From the NCBI GenBank assembly GCA_015485355.1, contig WFTQ01000089.1, positions 54,264-118,263 on the forward strand: a DNA stretch of 64,000 nt, read 5' to 3'. The DNA comes from a bacterium. GTDB lineage: Bacteria; Calditrichota; Calditrichia; RBG-13-44-9; J042. The notes beneath the pieces are model-generated. The model was given only the letters and a program-made list of their open reading frames with translations. It did no database searches and was not told where the DNA came from. The translations under genes and the position numbers were made by a program. Positions 9,298-19,569 of the stretch are shown here, in pieces (within the stretch, counting starts at the first letter, position 1; each line of letters opens with the position of its first letter).

Positions 9298-10362
9298 TCA
9301 TTCCGTTTTTTCGATGTGAACCACACGCTGGGGAAAAGGAATTTCAATCTGGTGTTGATTAAAGGCGTTGTAAATTCCACTTCGAAGTTCCTCTGCAGTC
9401 ACCCAGGCTTCGCTGTAATGCGAGACGTACCCGATGACCGTGAGGTCCAGGGATGAATCCCCGAAATGGATAAAGTAAGCTCTTGGCTCAGGGTCTGGTA
9501 ATATTTTGGGATGTTTTTTATAAACATCCACCATGATGTGTTTGGCCATATCCAGATCCGTACCGTAGGCAACGCCCACATCAATTTTAACCCGGACCAA
9601 GGGTTGAGGGTAAGAATAGTTCACCACGATGGACTTGATGATTTCTGAATTCGGAACAATGTGCAAGTTTTTTTCGAAATCCAATAGTTTAACGGTGCGT
9701 AAACCGATTTCGGTAATTTCCCCGATGGTGCCGTTGGGCATTTTAATTCGATCGCCCACCCGAAATGGGCGATCGAACATGATGACAAAACCGGCTATCA
9801 TATTAGCCAGGGTATCCTGGGCGGCCAGAGCTATGGCCAGAGACCCCACGCCCAGCGTGGTGATCAAACCTTTGGCATCGATGTTAAAATGGTTAAATAT
9901 GACCAGCAGACCGGTGACCAAGGTGACGATCTGAATGATCCGTTTGATCAAGGGACCAAATTCTCGATCGATTTCCGTCTCCGTCCGGTCGGCCACCCGT
10001 TTCAAATACCAATCAATCAGCAGATTGAAAATTCGGATAACCAGAGAGGTGACGATGAGGACGATGAGCACATAAAGGATTTCCTGAAAGATGCGGAAGA
10101 TTCTTTCTCCAACAAACGTGGAAAGCCTTTCGCCAATAAAAAACAATGCGATGATCAATATCACTCGTGCCAGAAAACGGTCGACCAATTCCAGTATCTT
10201 ATCGTCAACCTCTGTCCGGGTCATGGCGGTAATCCGCTTACCCAAGCGTCTTAAAACCCGTTCCAGAATTTTAAAAGACAGCCACGCAACGGCGGCGATT
10301 CCCACTATCCAGGCAAGGTTTATCCAGAGGTGCTGATTGGTTATTTGTTGGAGAAAGTTCAT
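9298..10362 (-). CDS. Mechanosensitive ion channel, MscS family
   Basis: N-terminal TM helices. Conserved MscS core: TLGVGSLAIALAAQDTLANMIAGFVIMFDRPFRVGDRI...GTIGEITEIGLRTVKL. Confidence 0.8.
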   Translation of the reverse strand: MNFLQQITNQHLWINLAWIVGIAAVAWLSFKILERVLRRLGKRITAMTRTEVDDKILELVDRFLARVILIIALFFIGERLSTFVGERIFRIFQEILYVLIVLIVTSLVIRIFNLLIDWYLKRVADRTETEIDREFGPLIKRIIQIVTLVTGLLVIFNHFNIDAKGLITTLGVGSLAIALAAQDTLANMIAGFVIMFDRPFRVGDRIKMPNGTIGEITEIGLRTVKLLDFEKNLHIVPNSEIIKSIVVNYSYPQPLVRVKIDVGVAYGTDLDMAKHIMVDVYKKHPKILPDPEPRAYFIHFGDSSLDLTVIGYVSHYSEAWVTAEELRSGIYNAFNQHQIEIPFPQRVVHIEKTE

Positions 10363-10372
10363 GATTCCCCCC

Positions 10373-11137
10373 CTACTGCAACTTTTTCAGCCGTTCCTGG
10401 GCATAGGCCTTGTGTTCATCGTCATCCGCGTCCTTTTTAGGAAGCTCCAGAACTTTTTTGTACTCCTGAACGGCCTTTTCTTTTTGGTCCAGTTTCTCGT
10501 AGGTAATGGCCAGTTCCAGATGGTGGTTAATATGATCGGGGTTCAGTTCAATCGCTTTTTGAAAGCACTCCGCGGCCTTTTGCACAGAGGCTTCTTTGGG
10601 CACTCCGCCCAGAAAGATATTGGCGAACTTCTTTTCGATCCAGCTCAGGGTGGCCAATTTCCGATGCCAGCGTCCCAATACATGCCAGGCGATATCGTCG
10701 TTGGGATCCAGTTCCAGGGCCTTGTCGACCTCGGCTTTAATTTCCTTGGACAAACGGATGCGCTCTTTGGGACTGGCATCCAGGGCGACCCGTCCCAGGG
10801 CAATGGAGAGATACAAATGTCCCTTGGAGCCGTCGGGATTGACTTCTATCGCCTTTCGGGCGGCCTCCTCCGCTTTTTTGAAATATTCCTTTCGTTTGTC
10901 CTTATCGGTCAACTTTTCGCCAACGTCCACATAAGCACGAGACAGTTTCCATAGGGCCTCGTAATGCTTGGGTTCGATGTCCACCGCTTTCCGGTAATTT
11001 TCCAGCGCCACATCATTGTTCATGGCCGCATAGGCGGAATCTCCCTTCTGGATGAATCCGGCGGCGTCCTGTGTTAAAATCTTTCCGGGAACCAATAGTA
11101 GAGACAAAGTGAATATACTTGCCCAAACACGTGTCAT
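10373..11137 (-). CDS. TPR-repeat protein with signal peptide
   Basis: Signal-like N-terminus MTRVWASIFTLSLLLVPG. Repeated A-x-x-Y/ALxLxP TPR-like 34-residue units. Confidence 0.6.
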   Translation of the reverse strand: MTRVWASIFTLSLLLVPGKILTQDAAGFIQKGDSAYAAMNNDVALENYRKAVDIEPKHYEALWKLSRAYVDVGEKLTDKDKRKEYFKKAEEAARKAIEVNPDGSKGHLYLSIALGRVALDASPKERIRLSKEIKAEVDKALELDPNDDIAWHVLGRWHRKLATLSWIEKKFANIFLGGVPKEASVQKAAECFQKAIELNPDHINHHLELAITYEKLDQKEKAVQEYKKVLELPKKDADDDEHKAYAQERLKKLQ

Positions 11138-11350
11138 GTCAGGTTCTCCTCCTATTTTATGGTGGGTTGTATTTTATAAAAATTTGGTAAATAATCAAAA
11201 CCCCGATTTGCCCCGGGAAAGACTTTTAAAATGGGAATTTCCCGGATGAATACGGACACCCGTTCTCCGGACACGTGCGGTATCGGCAAAGGAATTTGTA
11301 AGCGGACGGGGTGCGCAAGGGGGCGACTGCGACGCCCGCCCCCTTGTGCG

Positions 11351-12421
11351 TCATTTCCGGTGCATTCTCCTTTTGTACAGACCCGGAATGGGCAGCTTTC
11401 GCGGTCCCTGTCGGTCGTAGACCCAGAAGTGCCCTTCCTGATAGATGGCTCCCGCGCCAAATTCCCCCTTCTTGTTAATCGCGTAAAACTTCACGTTAAA
11501 CCGGGGACGGCCGCTTTCGTCCAATAACCGGGGTAATTTGGTATGTTCCGCAATGCGTTTGCAAACTTCCAAGCAGGCCTCCGTCGGCGACAGCCCCCTT
11601 CTCATGTACTCCACGACCATGAACGAGGAGAGGTTCTTTAAGTTGGCCTCCCCACGCCCGGTGGAACCTGCGGCACCCACGGCGTTGTCGACATAAAGGC
11701 CGGCTCCGATAATGGGGGAGTCTCCCACACGGCCGGGAATTTTAAAAAACAGTCCGCTGGTTGTGGTCACTCCGGCAAGGTCGCCGCGGCTATCCATGGC
11801 ACAGCAGTGGATGGTACCATGGGTTTCCACCAGCCTTCGAACATCTCCTTCTATCTCCTTCGGCGGCGGCGGCAACCAGTCGTCCCGATCGTTCAGGGTT
11901 TCCTTCCAATAAAGCCAAATTTTCCGGGCCCTTTCGGTCAGAAGGTTTTCTTCCCTGAAGCCGTGGGCCTTGGCAAATTTCAGGGCTCCTTCCCCCACAA
12001 GAAGTACGTGATCGGTCCGCTCCATCACCAGCCGGGCCACTTTGGAGGGATTGCGAATGTTCTCCAGCGCGGCGACGGCGCCGGCATTGTGCGTCGGACC
12101 GTGCATTACCGATGCATCCAGTTGAACCACCCCCTCTTCATTGGGTATGCCGCCATAACCCACGGTAATATCGTTCGGGTCATCCTCAACCAGGTTGACA
12201 CCGGCAATGACTGCATCCAGGGGATCGCTCCCTCCCTGTAATAGCTCCATCGCCTTTTTAACGGCCTGTTCCCCATTCCCGCTGGATATTACCACGGGAT
12301 GGTCGGGTTGAAAACGCCCCCTGGATCGGGCAACAACGGGACGGAACAACGACAACAGCGGCAAACCCAGGCCCGTCACGGTGGCCTTTCTCAAAAAATC
12401 TCTTCGCTTTAATCCGGACAT
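11351..12421 (-). CDS. Isoaspartyl peptidase / L-asparaginase (N-terminal nucleophile hydrolase, plant-type asparaginase family), Tat-exported
   Basis: Twin-arginine signal MSGLKRRDFLRKATVTGLGLPLL. Ntn-asparaginase pattern GTIHCCAMDSRGDLAGVTTTSG with the autoproteolytic GT site. Start chosen at the Tat-signal Met; the ORF track begins 8 codons upstream. Confidence 0.7.
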   Translation of the reverse strand: MSGLKRRDFLRKATVTGLGLPLLSLFRPVVARSRGRFQPDHPVVISSGNGEQAVKKAMELLQGGSDPLDAVIAGVNLVEDDPNDITVGYGGIPNEEGVVQLDASVMHGPTHNAGAVAALENIRNPSKVARLVMERTDHVLLVGEGALKFAKAHGFREENLLTERARKIWLYWKETLNDRDDWLPPPPKEIEGDVRRLVETHGTIHCCAMDSRGDLAGVTTTSGLFFKIPGRVGDSPIIGAGLYVDNAVGAAGSTGRGEANLKNLSSFMVVEYMRRGLSPTEACLEVCKRIAEHTKLPRLLDESGRPRFNVKFYAINKKGEFGAGAIYQEGHFWVYDRQGPRKLPIPGLYKRRMHRK

Positions 12422-12422
12422 G

Positions 12423-13427
12423 CTAATCCTCCTCCATTGTGCCAACGAGCTTAAACAGTTGAATTAGTTTTTTCGTAAAAGCGGGATTCTTTATCAGGGA
12501 TTGCAAGGTGTATACCTGATCTTCCTTTTCCAGATAGAACCGCACCCCGAAGCCCGGCGTTTCCAGATTAAAATCCCAGTCAATGTCTATCGGGAGGGGA
12601 GAGTGCTGCCGGACCTCCTGTACCGCTTTGGTTACTCTGGAGCGGATAGTGGTTAAGACGGGATAGCGGCGTTGATACAACAACTGTTTTAAAAAGGAGA
12701 CTTTTTGCTGAACCGTCCATTCCGGTTTAAGAATTTTATTGATTTCAAGACGTTCATAGCATTGGTCGAGGGAAAGGTCTTCCCGCACGGCAATGTCCCC
12801 CACCCACTCAATCAGGGTCAAAAATTCCTGGGCTTTCAGACGAAGCCTCCGGGCCAGGATTATCCACGGATGTAGCGCCTCGACTTTTAATGCCCTCAGT
12901 CGCTCGATCTGACGAAGACTAAAATGGTATTGATGTAGATATTGCTTGAATTCTTCCGGAAACCCGGCGATTTCGCGATAGGTTTGTAAAATCGATCCCC
13001 GGCATGGGATTTCCAGGAAATCCAATATTCGGGTGATCGTATCCGATGAAAGATCGGTATGGGCAATTTGCACCACCTGGGCCTTTTCCACCACCGTAAG
13101 GGGCCGAACGCTGGCATTGATCTGGAGTCCCCACCAGAAGGCTTCATCCAGAGAGTCGGGTTCGAAGATCCGGGCCGGGACGTGCGAAAATGGGGTTTCC
13201 TGTAGGTATTCCAGGCGGCGGAAACCGTCGACAATCGCATAGGTGTGCGCTCCTCGTCGCAGCAGAAGAACAGGGGTGAGGATGCCACTCCGGTGGATGG
13301 AGCGCCGTAGCCGATCGTCATCGAGTGCGGCATACCGATACCGCCAGCGGCTGTCCCGGACCACCGTACTCCGCGGCACGGTTTCGAAGCGGGAGCTCAT
13401 GAATTTTCCTTTTCGTTTTCCCGTCAA
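12423..13427 (-). CDS. ParB/sulfiredoxin-like N-terminal domain protein of unknown function
   Basis: ParB-box-like LTPVLLLRRGAHTYAIVDGFRRLEYLQE (compare the GERRxRA region of ParB). No HTH partition domain is recognisable and no parA is adjacent. Confidence 0.5.
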   Translation of the reverse strand: MTGKRKGKFMSSRFETVPRSTVVRDSRWRYRYAALDDDRLRRSIHRSGILTPVLLLRRGAHTYAIVDGFRRLEYLQETPFSHVPARIFEPDSLDEAFWWGLQINASVRPLTVVEKAQVVQIAHTDLSSDTITRILDFLEIPCRGSILQTYREIAGFPEEFKQYLHQYHFSLRQIERLRALKVEALHPWIILARRLRLKAQEFLTLIEWVGDIAVREDLSLDQCYERLEINKILKPEWTVQQKVSFLKQLLYQRRYPVLTTIRSRVTKAVQEVRQHSPLPIDIDWDFNLETPGFGVRFYLEKEDQVYTLQSLIKNPAFTKKLIQLFKLVGTMEED

Positions 13428-13576
13428 ATATTTTACGAATCTTAATAAAATAACAACTAAAAAGGGTACTCACAAAAATTTCGTGATTTCCTGGACTAAA
13501 AAGCGTCATTTTCCTCAGAAAACGGCCGGGTCGAAAGGAGGGAGGCGGCACCTGGAGGTACCGACCGATGGGGAAA

Positions 13577-14614
13577 TTACTCGAAGCGGTATTTACGAAA
13601 GTTGGCGATGCTTTCCTGAATGACCACTTTGATGACCCCCGCTGTGGGTACAGAGAGCAGCATTCCCAGGACACCAAAGAATTTGCCGCCAATAATCACC
13701 ACAAACATCACTACCAGCGGATGCATATTCACCGTTTTGGCCACCACCAGGGGTTGAACGAGTACATTGTCAATCAATTGAACGACAGCGAAGGCAATGG
13801 CGATGTAGACGATGCGAATCATGTCTCCGGATTCCAGGATAACCACCAGAATAGCCGGGAGTGCGCCGGCAACGGGACCCACGTAGGGAATCAGATTGGC
13901 CAATCCGGCAAACGCCCCGATCAGCACGAAATACTTTACCTCCAGAAGCCAGAGGGCCAGGATGGAGAGAATCCCCACGATCAGGGCATCCAGAAACTGT
14001 CCTCGCAGATAATTACCCAGCTGCATATCCATTTTATGGAGCAGGTTCAGAGAAAATTCAAAGTATTTATTGGGAACCAGGCGAATGAAATTGCGCTTGA
14101 TTTCTCTGCCGTCCTTGATCAGAAAAAAGATGATAAAGGGGATAATCACCAGATTCGTAATCAAGGAAACGATGTTGAGCAGATAATCAAAAATCTGGTT
14201 TCCCAGGTTGACCATCATTTGATGGGCTTTTTCGATAAGATTTAAATTCTGCATGCCCAAAAAGGCCAAACGGGTTTGAATGAAGTGTTCCAGATTTTGG
14301 ATCAATTGGGTGGCTTTTCCGGATTGGATGCCCGCCTGGATGGATCGAATTTCGTGAGAGATGGTCGGCAACAGCAGAAAAATAAACAGGGCTACCGTGG
14401 AAAGGATGCCCAGGAAGATAATCGCCGTAGCCGCCACCCGGGAGAATCCACGGGATTCCAGGAAGCTGGCCAGAGGTTCCAGGATGTAGGCCAGAAGGGC
14501 CGCGATAATGACCAGGCGTACCAGTTCCCCGATGCTGACCAGAAAGATGATAAGCGCCGCGGCGGCGAGCAAAACAAACAGCAGCTTTATCCAGCGAGCA
14601 AATTGTTTATCCAT
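13577..14614 (-). CDS. AI-2E family transporter (PerM/YdiK-like)
   Basis: Eight predicted TM segments. AI-2E conserved LSVPTAGVIKVVIQE C-terminal region. Confidence 0.75.
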   Translation of the reverse strand: MDKQFARWIKLLFVLLAAAALIIFLVSIGELVRLVIIAALLAYILEPLASFLESRGFSRVAATAIIFLGILSTVALFIFLLLPTISHEIRSIQAGIQSGKATQLIQNLEHFIQTRLAFLGMQNLNLIEKAHQMMVNLGNQIFDYLLNIVSLITNLVIIPFIIFFLIKDGREIKRNFIRLVPNKYFEFSLNLLHKMDMQLGNYLRGQFLDALIVGILSILALWLLEVKYFVLIGAFAGLANLIPYVGPVAGALPAILVVILESGDMIRIVYIAIAFAVVQLIDNVLVQPLVVAKTVNMHPLVVMFVVIIGGKFFGVLGMLLSVPTAGVIKVVIQESIANFRKYRFE

Positions 14615-14652
14615 GGCACCGATCTCTTGTCCGTTTTCTGTTAGAAAAGTTC

Positions 14653-15240
14653 TTATGATGGAGCGTCGGCGGAGGCCTGACGCGATTTCTTGCGCCCGCC
14701 TTTCGCCGTAGTCTCTTTGAGCTGCTGGATTTGCGTTTCTAATTCATGAATCCGATGCATCAATTGTTGCATTTGCTGATTGGAGTGTTTCAGGCGATCG
14801 CCGATGATGCTGGCCAGACGCAGGACGATTTTAACCCCCAGACGGGGATCGCGCTCGATGAGCCCGAAAAGGTCTGATTGAAAAAAGCCCAGCATGCGGC
14901 ATTCGGTTTTGGCGCGTGCCGTGGCGCTGCGGGGCGATTCGTCCAACAAGGCCAGTTCTCCGAAAAATTCACCGTCCTTTATCTCCGCCACAACCTGATT
15001 GACCGGCTCCAGAATGATCTCCACGGTTCCTCTTTCGATGATATACATGCCCACACCGGCATCGCCCTGATGAAAAATGACTTCCCCCGGACGATAGGTG
15101 CGTCGGTGCAGAATGCGTTCGATGGAGGAAACTTCCCGAGGATTTAATTCTTCGAAAATGGGGATCTTCTTCAATACCGCGGTGATCTCTTCTTCTCTCT
15201 TTTCTCGGGATTTGAAAATATTGCCCCAAAAACTATCCAT
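14653..15240 (-). CDS. Cyclic-nucleotide-binding domain protein with no recognisable output domain
   Basis: cNMP-binding beta-roll GEVIFHQGDAGVGMYIIERGTVEI...FGELALLDESPRSATARA. C-terminal coiled, basic tail. No HTH. Confidence 0.65.
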   Translation of the reverse strand: MDSFWGNIFKSREKREEEITAVLKKIPIFEELNPREVSSIERILHRRTYRPGEVIFHQGDAGVGMYIIERGTVEIILEPVNQVVAEIKDGEFFGELALLDESPRSATARAKTECRMLGFFQSDLFGLIERDPRLGVKIVLRLASIIGDRLKHSNQQMQQLMHRIHELETQIQQLKETTAKGGRKKSRQASADAPS

Positions 15241-15550
15241 GTCTAACCGCCTTTATCGTTTTACTCAAACAACCATATTATCGAACAAAAAGATGGTTTC
15301 ATCGTGATGTGGATAAAAATTTTTAAATTTGAAATAATAAAAACATTCACACGCTCCGCCGCTTCTTTTGGAATTTGACTTAATATTCCGCCGAAAAGCC
15401 ATGGGCCGTCGTCTGCCTCCAGGAAGCGAATTGAGGGAATATCGGTGTCCTCGTTTCACCGGAGCGCGGTTCACCCCTCTGTTTCAACCTGCGGGACGAG
15501 GGAATAAGCTTGCAAAACACGCCTAAGTGGCTCCCGGTAGCTTTCGGATA

Positions 15551-17611
15551 TCAGGAGACGATTTGACCAGGGGAAACGTTTCCATCGGTGCTGAGCAGGA
15601 CCAGTCGTTCGCCGTCTTGGACGGCCAACAACATTCCCTGGGATTCCACCCCCCGGATTTTGGCCGGTTGCAGATTGGCCACCACAATGACGGTTTTTCC
15701 TTTCAGCTGTTCCGGAGAGTAGTGTTGCGCGATGCCCGCTACCAGCTGGCGGGTTTCCCTTCCCAGGTCTACCTGTATTTTTAGCAGCCGGTTGGATCCG
15801 GGGATCGGTTCGGCTTGAAGGACTCGGGCGGTTTTCAATTCGATCTTACGGAAGTCCTCGATGGAAACCGGGGGATGCTCCTCCGGTTTCTGATGGGGTT
15901 GCGGTTTCTCTTCCTCGAGTTCGGCGGCGATTTTTTGCAACCTTTCCACTTCCGCCTGAATGACCCGATCCTCGATTTTGCGAAAGAGGATTTCTACCCG
16001 ACCCAGTGGATGACCGGCTTGAAGGGCCGGCTTGCCGATCCGATCCCATCCGGCGTCCTCGGGCTTTCCCTCCAGCTGGAGCATCCGCCAGATTTTGGCG
16101 GCGGTGAACGGTAAGAACGGGCTCATCAGAATGGCCAGGGAATAAGTGGTCTGGGCGCACAGATGCAAAGTCGTGGCACACTTTTCCGGTGCCGCTTCTC
16201 GAGTCCGCCAGGGTTCACGGTCGTTGAAATACTTGTTGGCGAAGCGGGCCAGATCCATGAAGCGCCGGGTGGCCTCTTTGAATTGAAACGTGTCGATGAA
16301 GCGGCCCACCTGGTCGCGGATTTCGGCCGTGCGCTCGATCAAGGCCTGATCCAGCTCGTCCAGACGACCCCGCTGAGGAATCGTTCCACCATAATATTTT
16401 TGAATGAAGGTGAAGGTGCGATTTACGAAATTGCCCAGAATGTCGGCCAGTTCGTTATTGTGCCGGGCCTGAAAGTCCTTCCAGGAAAAGTCCGCATCCC
16501 GGGTCTCGGGCATGTTTACTGCCAGGCAGTAGCGCAGCGAGTCGGCATCGTATTTTTCCAGGAATTCGTTCAACCACACCGCATAATTCCGACTGGTCGA
16601 TAGTTTGCGTCCTTCCAGGTTAAGAAATTCGTTGGCCGGAACATCGTCGGGGAGAACGTAGCCCCCATGGCCCATCAGCATGGCGGGAAAAATAATGGCG
16701 TGGAAGATGATGTTGTCTTTGCCAATGAAGTGAACCAGGCGGGTGTTTGCCGGATCCATCCAGTAATCTTTCCAGCGGTCGGGTTGCCCCGACTTTTCGG
16801 CCCATTCCCGGGTGGAAGAGATGTATCCGATCGGCGCCTCGAACCATACATACAGCACCTTGTCCCGGGCGTCTTGCAGCGGTACGGGAACCCCCCAGCG
16901 GAGGTCCCGGGTGATGGCCCGATCTTCCAATCCCTCTTTAAACCAGTTCTTGCAAAAATTGATTACATTTTCTCGCCAATGGGTCTTTTTGCCGATCCAT
17001 TCTTCCAGCGGTTTTTGCAGTTTGCTCAGTTTCAGAAAATAGTGGGTGGTTTGTTTGAACACGGGACGATTCCCGCAAATCTTGCACCTGGGTTCTATCA
17101 GCTGAGTCGGTTCCAGCCATTTGCCGCACTTTTCGCACTGATCCCCCCGCGCCTCGGGATAACCGCAGTGGGGACAACTCCCCTCCACATAGCGGTCGGC
17201 CAGGAACATGGCATCCTGTTCGCAATAGAATTGTTCCAGGGATTTTTTTTCCATATAGCCCTTGTGGTACAAGGTCAGAAAAAACTCTTGCGCCGTCCGA
17301 TGATGAATTGGAAGGGAGGTGCGCGAAAAGTTGTCGAAGCTCATGCCAAACTTTTCGAAACTGGATTTGATATCCTGATAGTAATGGTCCACCACTTCCT
17401 GGGGGGTTTTGCCCAGCTTCTCCGCCGTTATGGTGATGGGGACGCCGTGTTCGTCGGTGCCGCACACATACACCACGTCTCGTTTTTTCAAACGGCAGTA
17501 GCGGGCAAAAATGTCACCCGGTAGGTAGGCCCCTGCCAGATGGCCCAAATGGATGGGCCCGTTGGCGTAGGGCAGAGCGCTGGTGATTAAATATTTTTTC
17601 TTTGCTCCCAC
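15551..17611 (-). CDS. metG: Methionyl-tRNA synthetase with C-terminal tRNA-binding (EMAP/Trbp111-like) domain
   Basis: HIGH motif PIHLGHLAGAY. Zn-knuckle cysteines CPHCG...CEKCG. KMSKS variant KLSTS. C-terminal KTARVLQAEPIPGSNRLLKIQVDLG. Confidence 0.9.
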   Translation of the reverse strand: MGAKKKYLITSALPYANGPIHLGHLAGAYLPGDIFARYCRLKKRDVVYVCGTDEHGVPITITAEKLGKTPQEVVDHYYQDIKSSFEKFGMSFDNFSRTSLPIHHRTAQEFFLTLYHKGYMEKKSLEQFYCEQDAMFLADRYVEGSCPHCGYPEARGDQCEKCGKWLEPTQLIEPRCKICGNRPVFKQTTHYFLKLSKLQKPLEEWIGKKTHWRENVINFCKNWFKEGLEDRAITRDLRWGVPVPLQDARDKVLYVWFEAPIGYISSTREWAEKSGQPDRWKDYWMDPANTRLVHFIGKDNIIFHAIIFPAMLMGHGGYVLPDDVPANEFLNLEGRKLSTSRNYAVWLNEFLEKYDADSLRYCLAVNMPETRDADFSWKDFQARHNNELADILGNFVNRTFTFIQKYYGGTIPQRGRLDELDQALIERTAEIRDQVGRFIDTFQFKEATRRFMDLARFANKYFNDREPWRTREAAPEKCATTLHLCAQTTYSLAILMSPFLPFTAAKIWRMLQLEGKPEDAGWDRIGKPALQAGHPLGRVEILFRKIEDRVIQAEVERLQKIAAELEEEKPQPHQKPEEHPPVSIEDFRKIELKTARVLQAEPIPGSNRLLKIQVDLGRETRQLVAGIAQHYSPEQLKGKTVIVVANLQPAKIRGVESQGMLLAVQDGERLVLLSTDGNVSPGQIVS

Positions 17612-17615
17612 CGCC

Positions 17616-18425
17616 TCAAATCACCTCAACTTCTTTAATCGATTCCAGGTGGATGCGTCGGATGTCTTCGTCGGGGTATCGGACATAAACCATGGAGTTA
17701 AAAATGTCGATCTTGTCCACCACGCCGATGCCTTCGGGGGTTTCCACTTCCACGCCGATGCGAGGAAAGCGCTTCAATTCTTCCAGGTAAAAGCGTCGTT
17801 CAAAAGCCAGGCAGCATTTCAACCGGCCGCAAAGACCCGTCAATTTATTGGAATTCATGGGCAGTAATTGATCTTTCGCATACTGGATGGTGATGCTTTC
17901 GAACTTCCTCAGGAAAGTGGTGCAGCACAGCTGGCAACCGCAGGGGCCGTATCCTCCAATGTGTTTGGCCGCATCCCTCACACCGATCTGGCGCAGTTCG
18001 ATGCGGGTTTTAAATCGGGCCGCCAGATCACGAACCAGTTGCCGGAAGTCCACGCGTTGGTCGGAGGTAAAATAAAACGTGAGGCGTTGATGATCCAGTT
18101 GATACTCGGCATCGACCAGGTTCATGTTCAGTTGGTGTTTCTTGATCTTATGTTTACAGATTTTCAGGGCTTCGTCTTCCAGATGCCGATTTTTTTCCAT
18201 CCTGACCAAGTCGGCCCGGGTCGCCAACCGGATAATTTTTTTCAGCGGCTCTTCAGGAGACATAAATTCGGGTATGCTGCCTATGGTAATGACTTTGCCC
18301 AGGTCCTCGCCTTTGTCCGCTTCCACGACCACAAAATCCCCGTGTTTGGCGGGGAGGTTCTGGTGATTTTCATATATGCCGATGCGTCCCGCTTTGAATG
18401 CTACTTCCACGATTGAGGTGGTCAT
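17616..18425 (-). CDS. PSP1 C-terminal domain protein (RicT/YaaT-like)
   Basis: Conserved order holB-PSP1(yaaT)-metG as in Firmicutes. Cys-rich CGRLKCCLAFE motif of the PSP1 family. Confidence 0.75.
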   Translation of the reverse strand: MTTSIVEVAFKAGRIGIYENHQNLPAKHGDFVVVEADKGEDLGKVITIGSIPEFMSPEEPLKKIIRLATRADLVRMEKNRHLEDEALKICKHKIKKHQLNMNLVDAEYQLDHQRLTFYFTSDQRVDFRQLVRDLAARFKTRIELRQIGVRDAAKHIGGYGPCGCQLCCTTFLRKFESITIQYAKDQLLPMNSNKLTGLCGRLKCCLAFERRFYLEELKRFPRIGVEVETPEGIGVVDKIDIFNSMVYVRYPDEDIRRIHLESIKEVEVI

Positions 18426-18441
18426 CGCCTGCCCCCCTTGT

Positions 18442-19569
18442 TCAAAATTTCATTTGCCAATGAAGTTTAATAGCAAGGTCGATTAAAATCAATAAAGGAT
18501 TCAAATTTCTGGGGTCTTCCAGGTGTCGCAGGGCTTCCTCAATCTGCCATACCACCTTCTCGAGGTTTAGGTCGGGCGCGAAAGCTTCAAACTTCTCCAG
18601 GGTCGGCAGTAAGTCCCGGTGGAAAATTTTTTTTCGGGCTTCTTCGGGTGGATAGCTCCGCAGGTAAAGCACATCCTGAAACCAGAGCAACAGGAACCAG
18701 AGCATCAAGCGGAGCTCTTCGGCCTCCTTTTTTTGAGCCATGGGTTCGATCAGAGACAACAGATCCTGCCCCTTGTGAAGGGTCACGATCCGGCGTAACC
18801 ATTCCAGCATTTGTTCCCGGACGGGGAGCACATCCCGCTCGATAAAGTCAAACACCCGACGGACGTTGAATCCGGCCAACCGAATCAGCAAGGACCGTTG
18901 ATCGTCATCCGATCCCGGATCGTAGCGGCGGACCAGCTCCAAAATTTCGGGTTCTGATAGGCGGGAAAACCGCACCAGCTGACAGCGCGACTTTATGGTG
19001 GGTAAGATGCGGTGAATAAAGGAGGTGGTGAGAATCAGCAGCAGGTTGGATGGAGGTTCCTCCAGCAATTTTAACAGGGCATTGGCGGCTTCGGGACGCA
19101 TCCGGTCGGCCTCGGCCAGAATGTACACCTTGCGCCGGCCCTCATAAAGCTTGTAGGCGGCCTCGTGCTTAAGGTACCGAATGGTATCGATGCCGATGAA
19201 CACATTTTTCCCTTTAAAGCTCACGGGAAGAAAGGGGTTGTTTGCCTTTCGTCGTCGGGCCTCGGCGAAGGCCTCGGGTTCGATCTTTGTGGTAGTGGGG
19301 GTCGGGAAAATGTAGTGCACGTCCGGATGCTGCAATTGGGTGATTTTCCGGCAGGCCGGGCAGGTTTGACAGACGGGGGCATCCCCCAGGCAATTCACCA
19401 GCTTGGCCACTTCCAGGGCAAAGGCCTCTTTGCCGCAACCCTCCGGCCCGTAGAACAGAAAGGCGTGGGGCATCCGGCCCCGACGGTAACTGTGTAAAAT
19501 GCGTTGCTGGATCCACCGGTGACCCACCCGGCTGGTAAATCCTTGTACTTCCTGCTCCGTTGTCTTCAT
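18442..19569 (-). CDS. holB: DNA polymerase III delta' subunit
   Basis: AAA+ Walker A FLFYGPEGCGKEAFA. Zn-module CLGDAPVCQTCPACRKI. SRC motif KSRCQLVRF. Confidence 0.75.
   Translation of the reverse strand: MKTTEQEVQGFTSRVGHRWIQQRILHSYRRGRMPHAFLFYGPEGCGKEAFALEVAKLVNCLGDAPVCQTCPACRKITQLQHPDVHYIFPTPTTTKIEPEAFAEARRRKANNPFLPVSFKGKNVFIGIDTIRYLKHEAAYKLYEGRRKVYILAEADRMRPEAANALLKLLEEPPSNLLLILTTSFIHRILPTIKSRCQLVRFSRLSEPEILELVRRYDPGSDDDQRSLLIRLAGFNVRRVFDFIERDVLPVREQMLEWLRRIVTLHKGQDLLSLIEPMAQKKEAEELRLMLWFLLLWFQDVLYLRSYPPEEARKKIFHRDLLPTLEKFEAFAPDLNLEKVVWQIEEALRHLEDPRNLNPLLILIDLAIKLHWQMKF

Noticed and set aside
11296-11335. Hairpin GCGCAAGGGGGCG...CGCCCCCTTGTGCG downstream of the asparaginase gene
   Set aside because: Probably just a transcription terminator or attenuator. 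No U-tract and nothing further distinctive, so it is not listed as a feature.
15241-15550. tRNA-like GGTTCA-containing stretch downstream of metG
   Set aside because: Could not form acceptor, D and anticodon stems with canonical lengths by manual folding.
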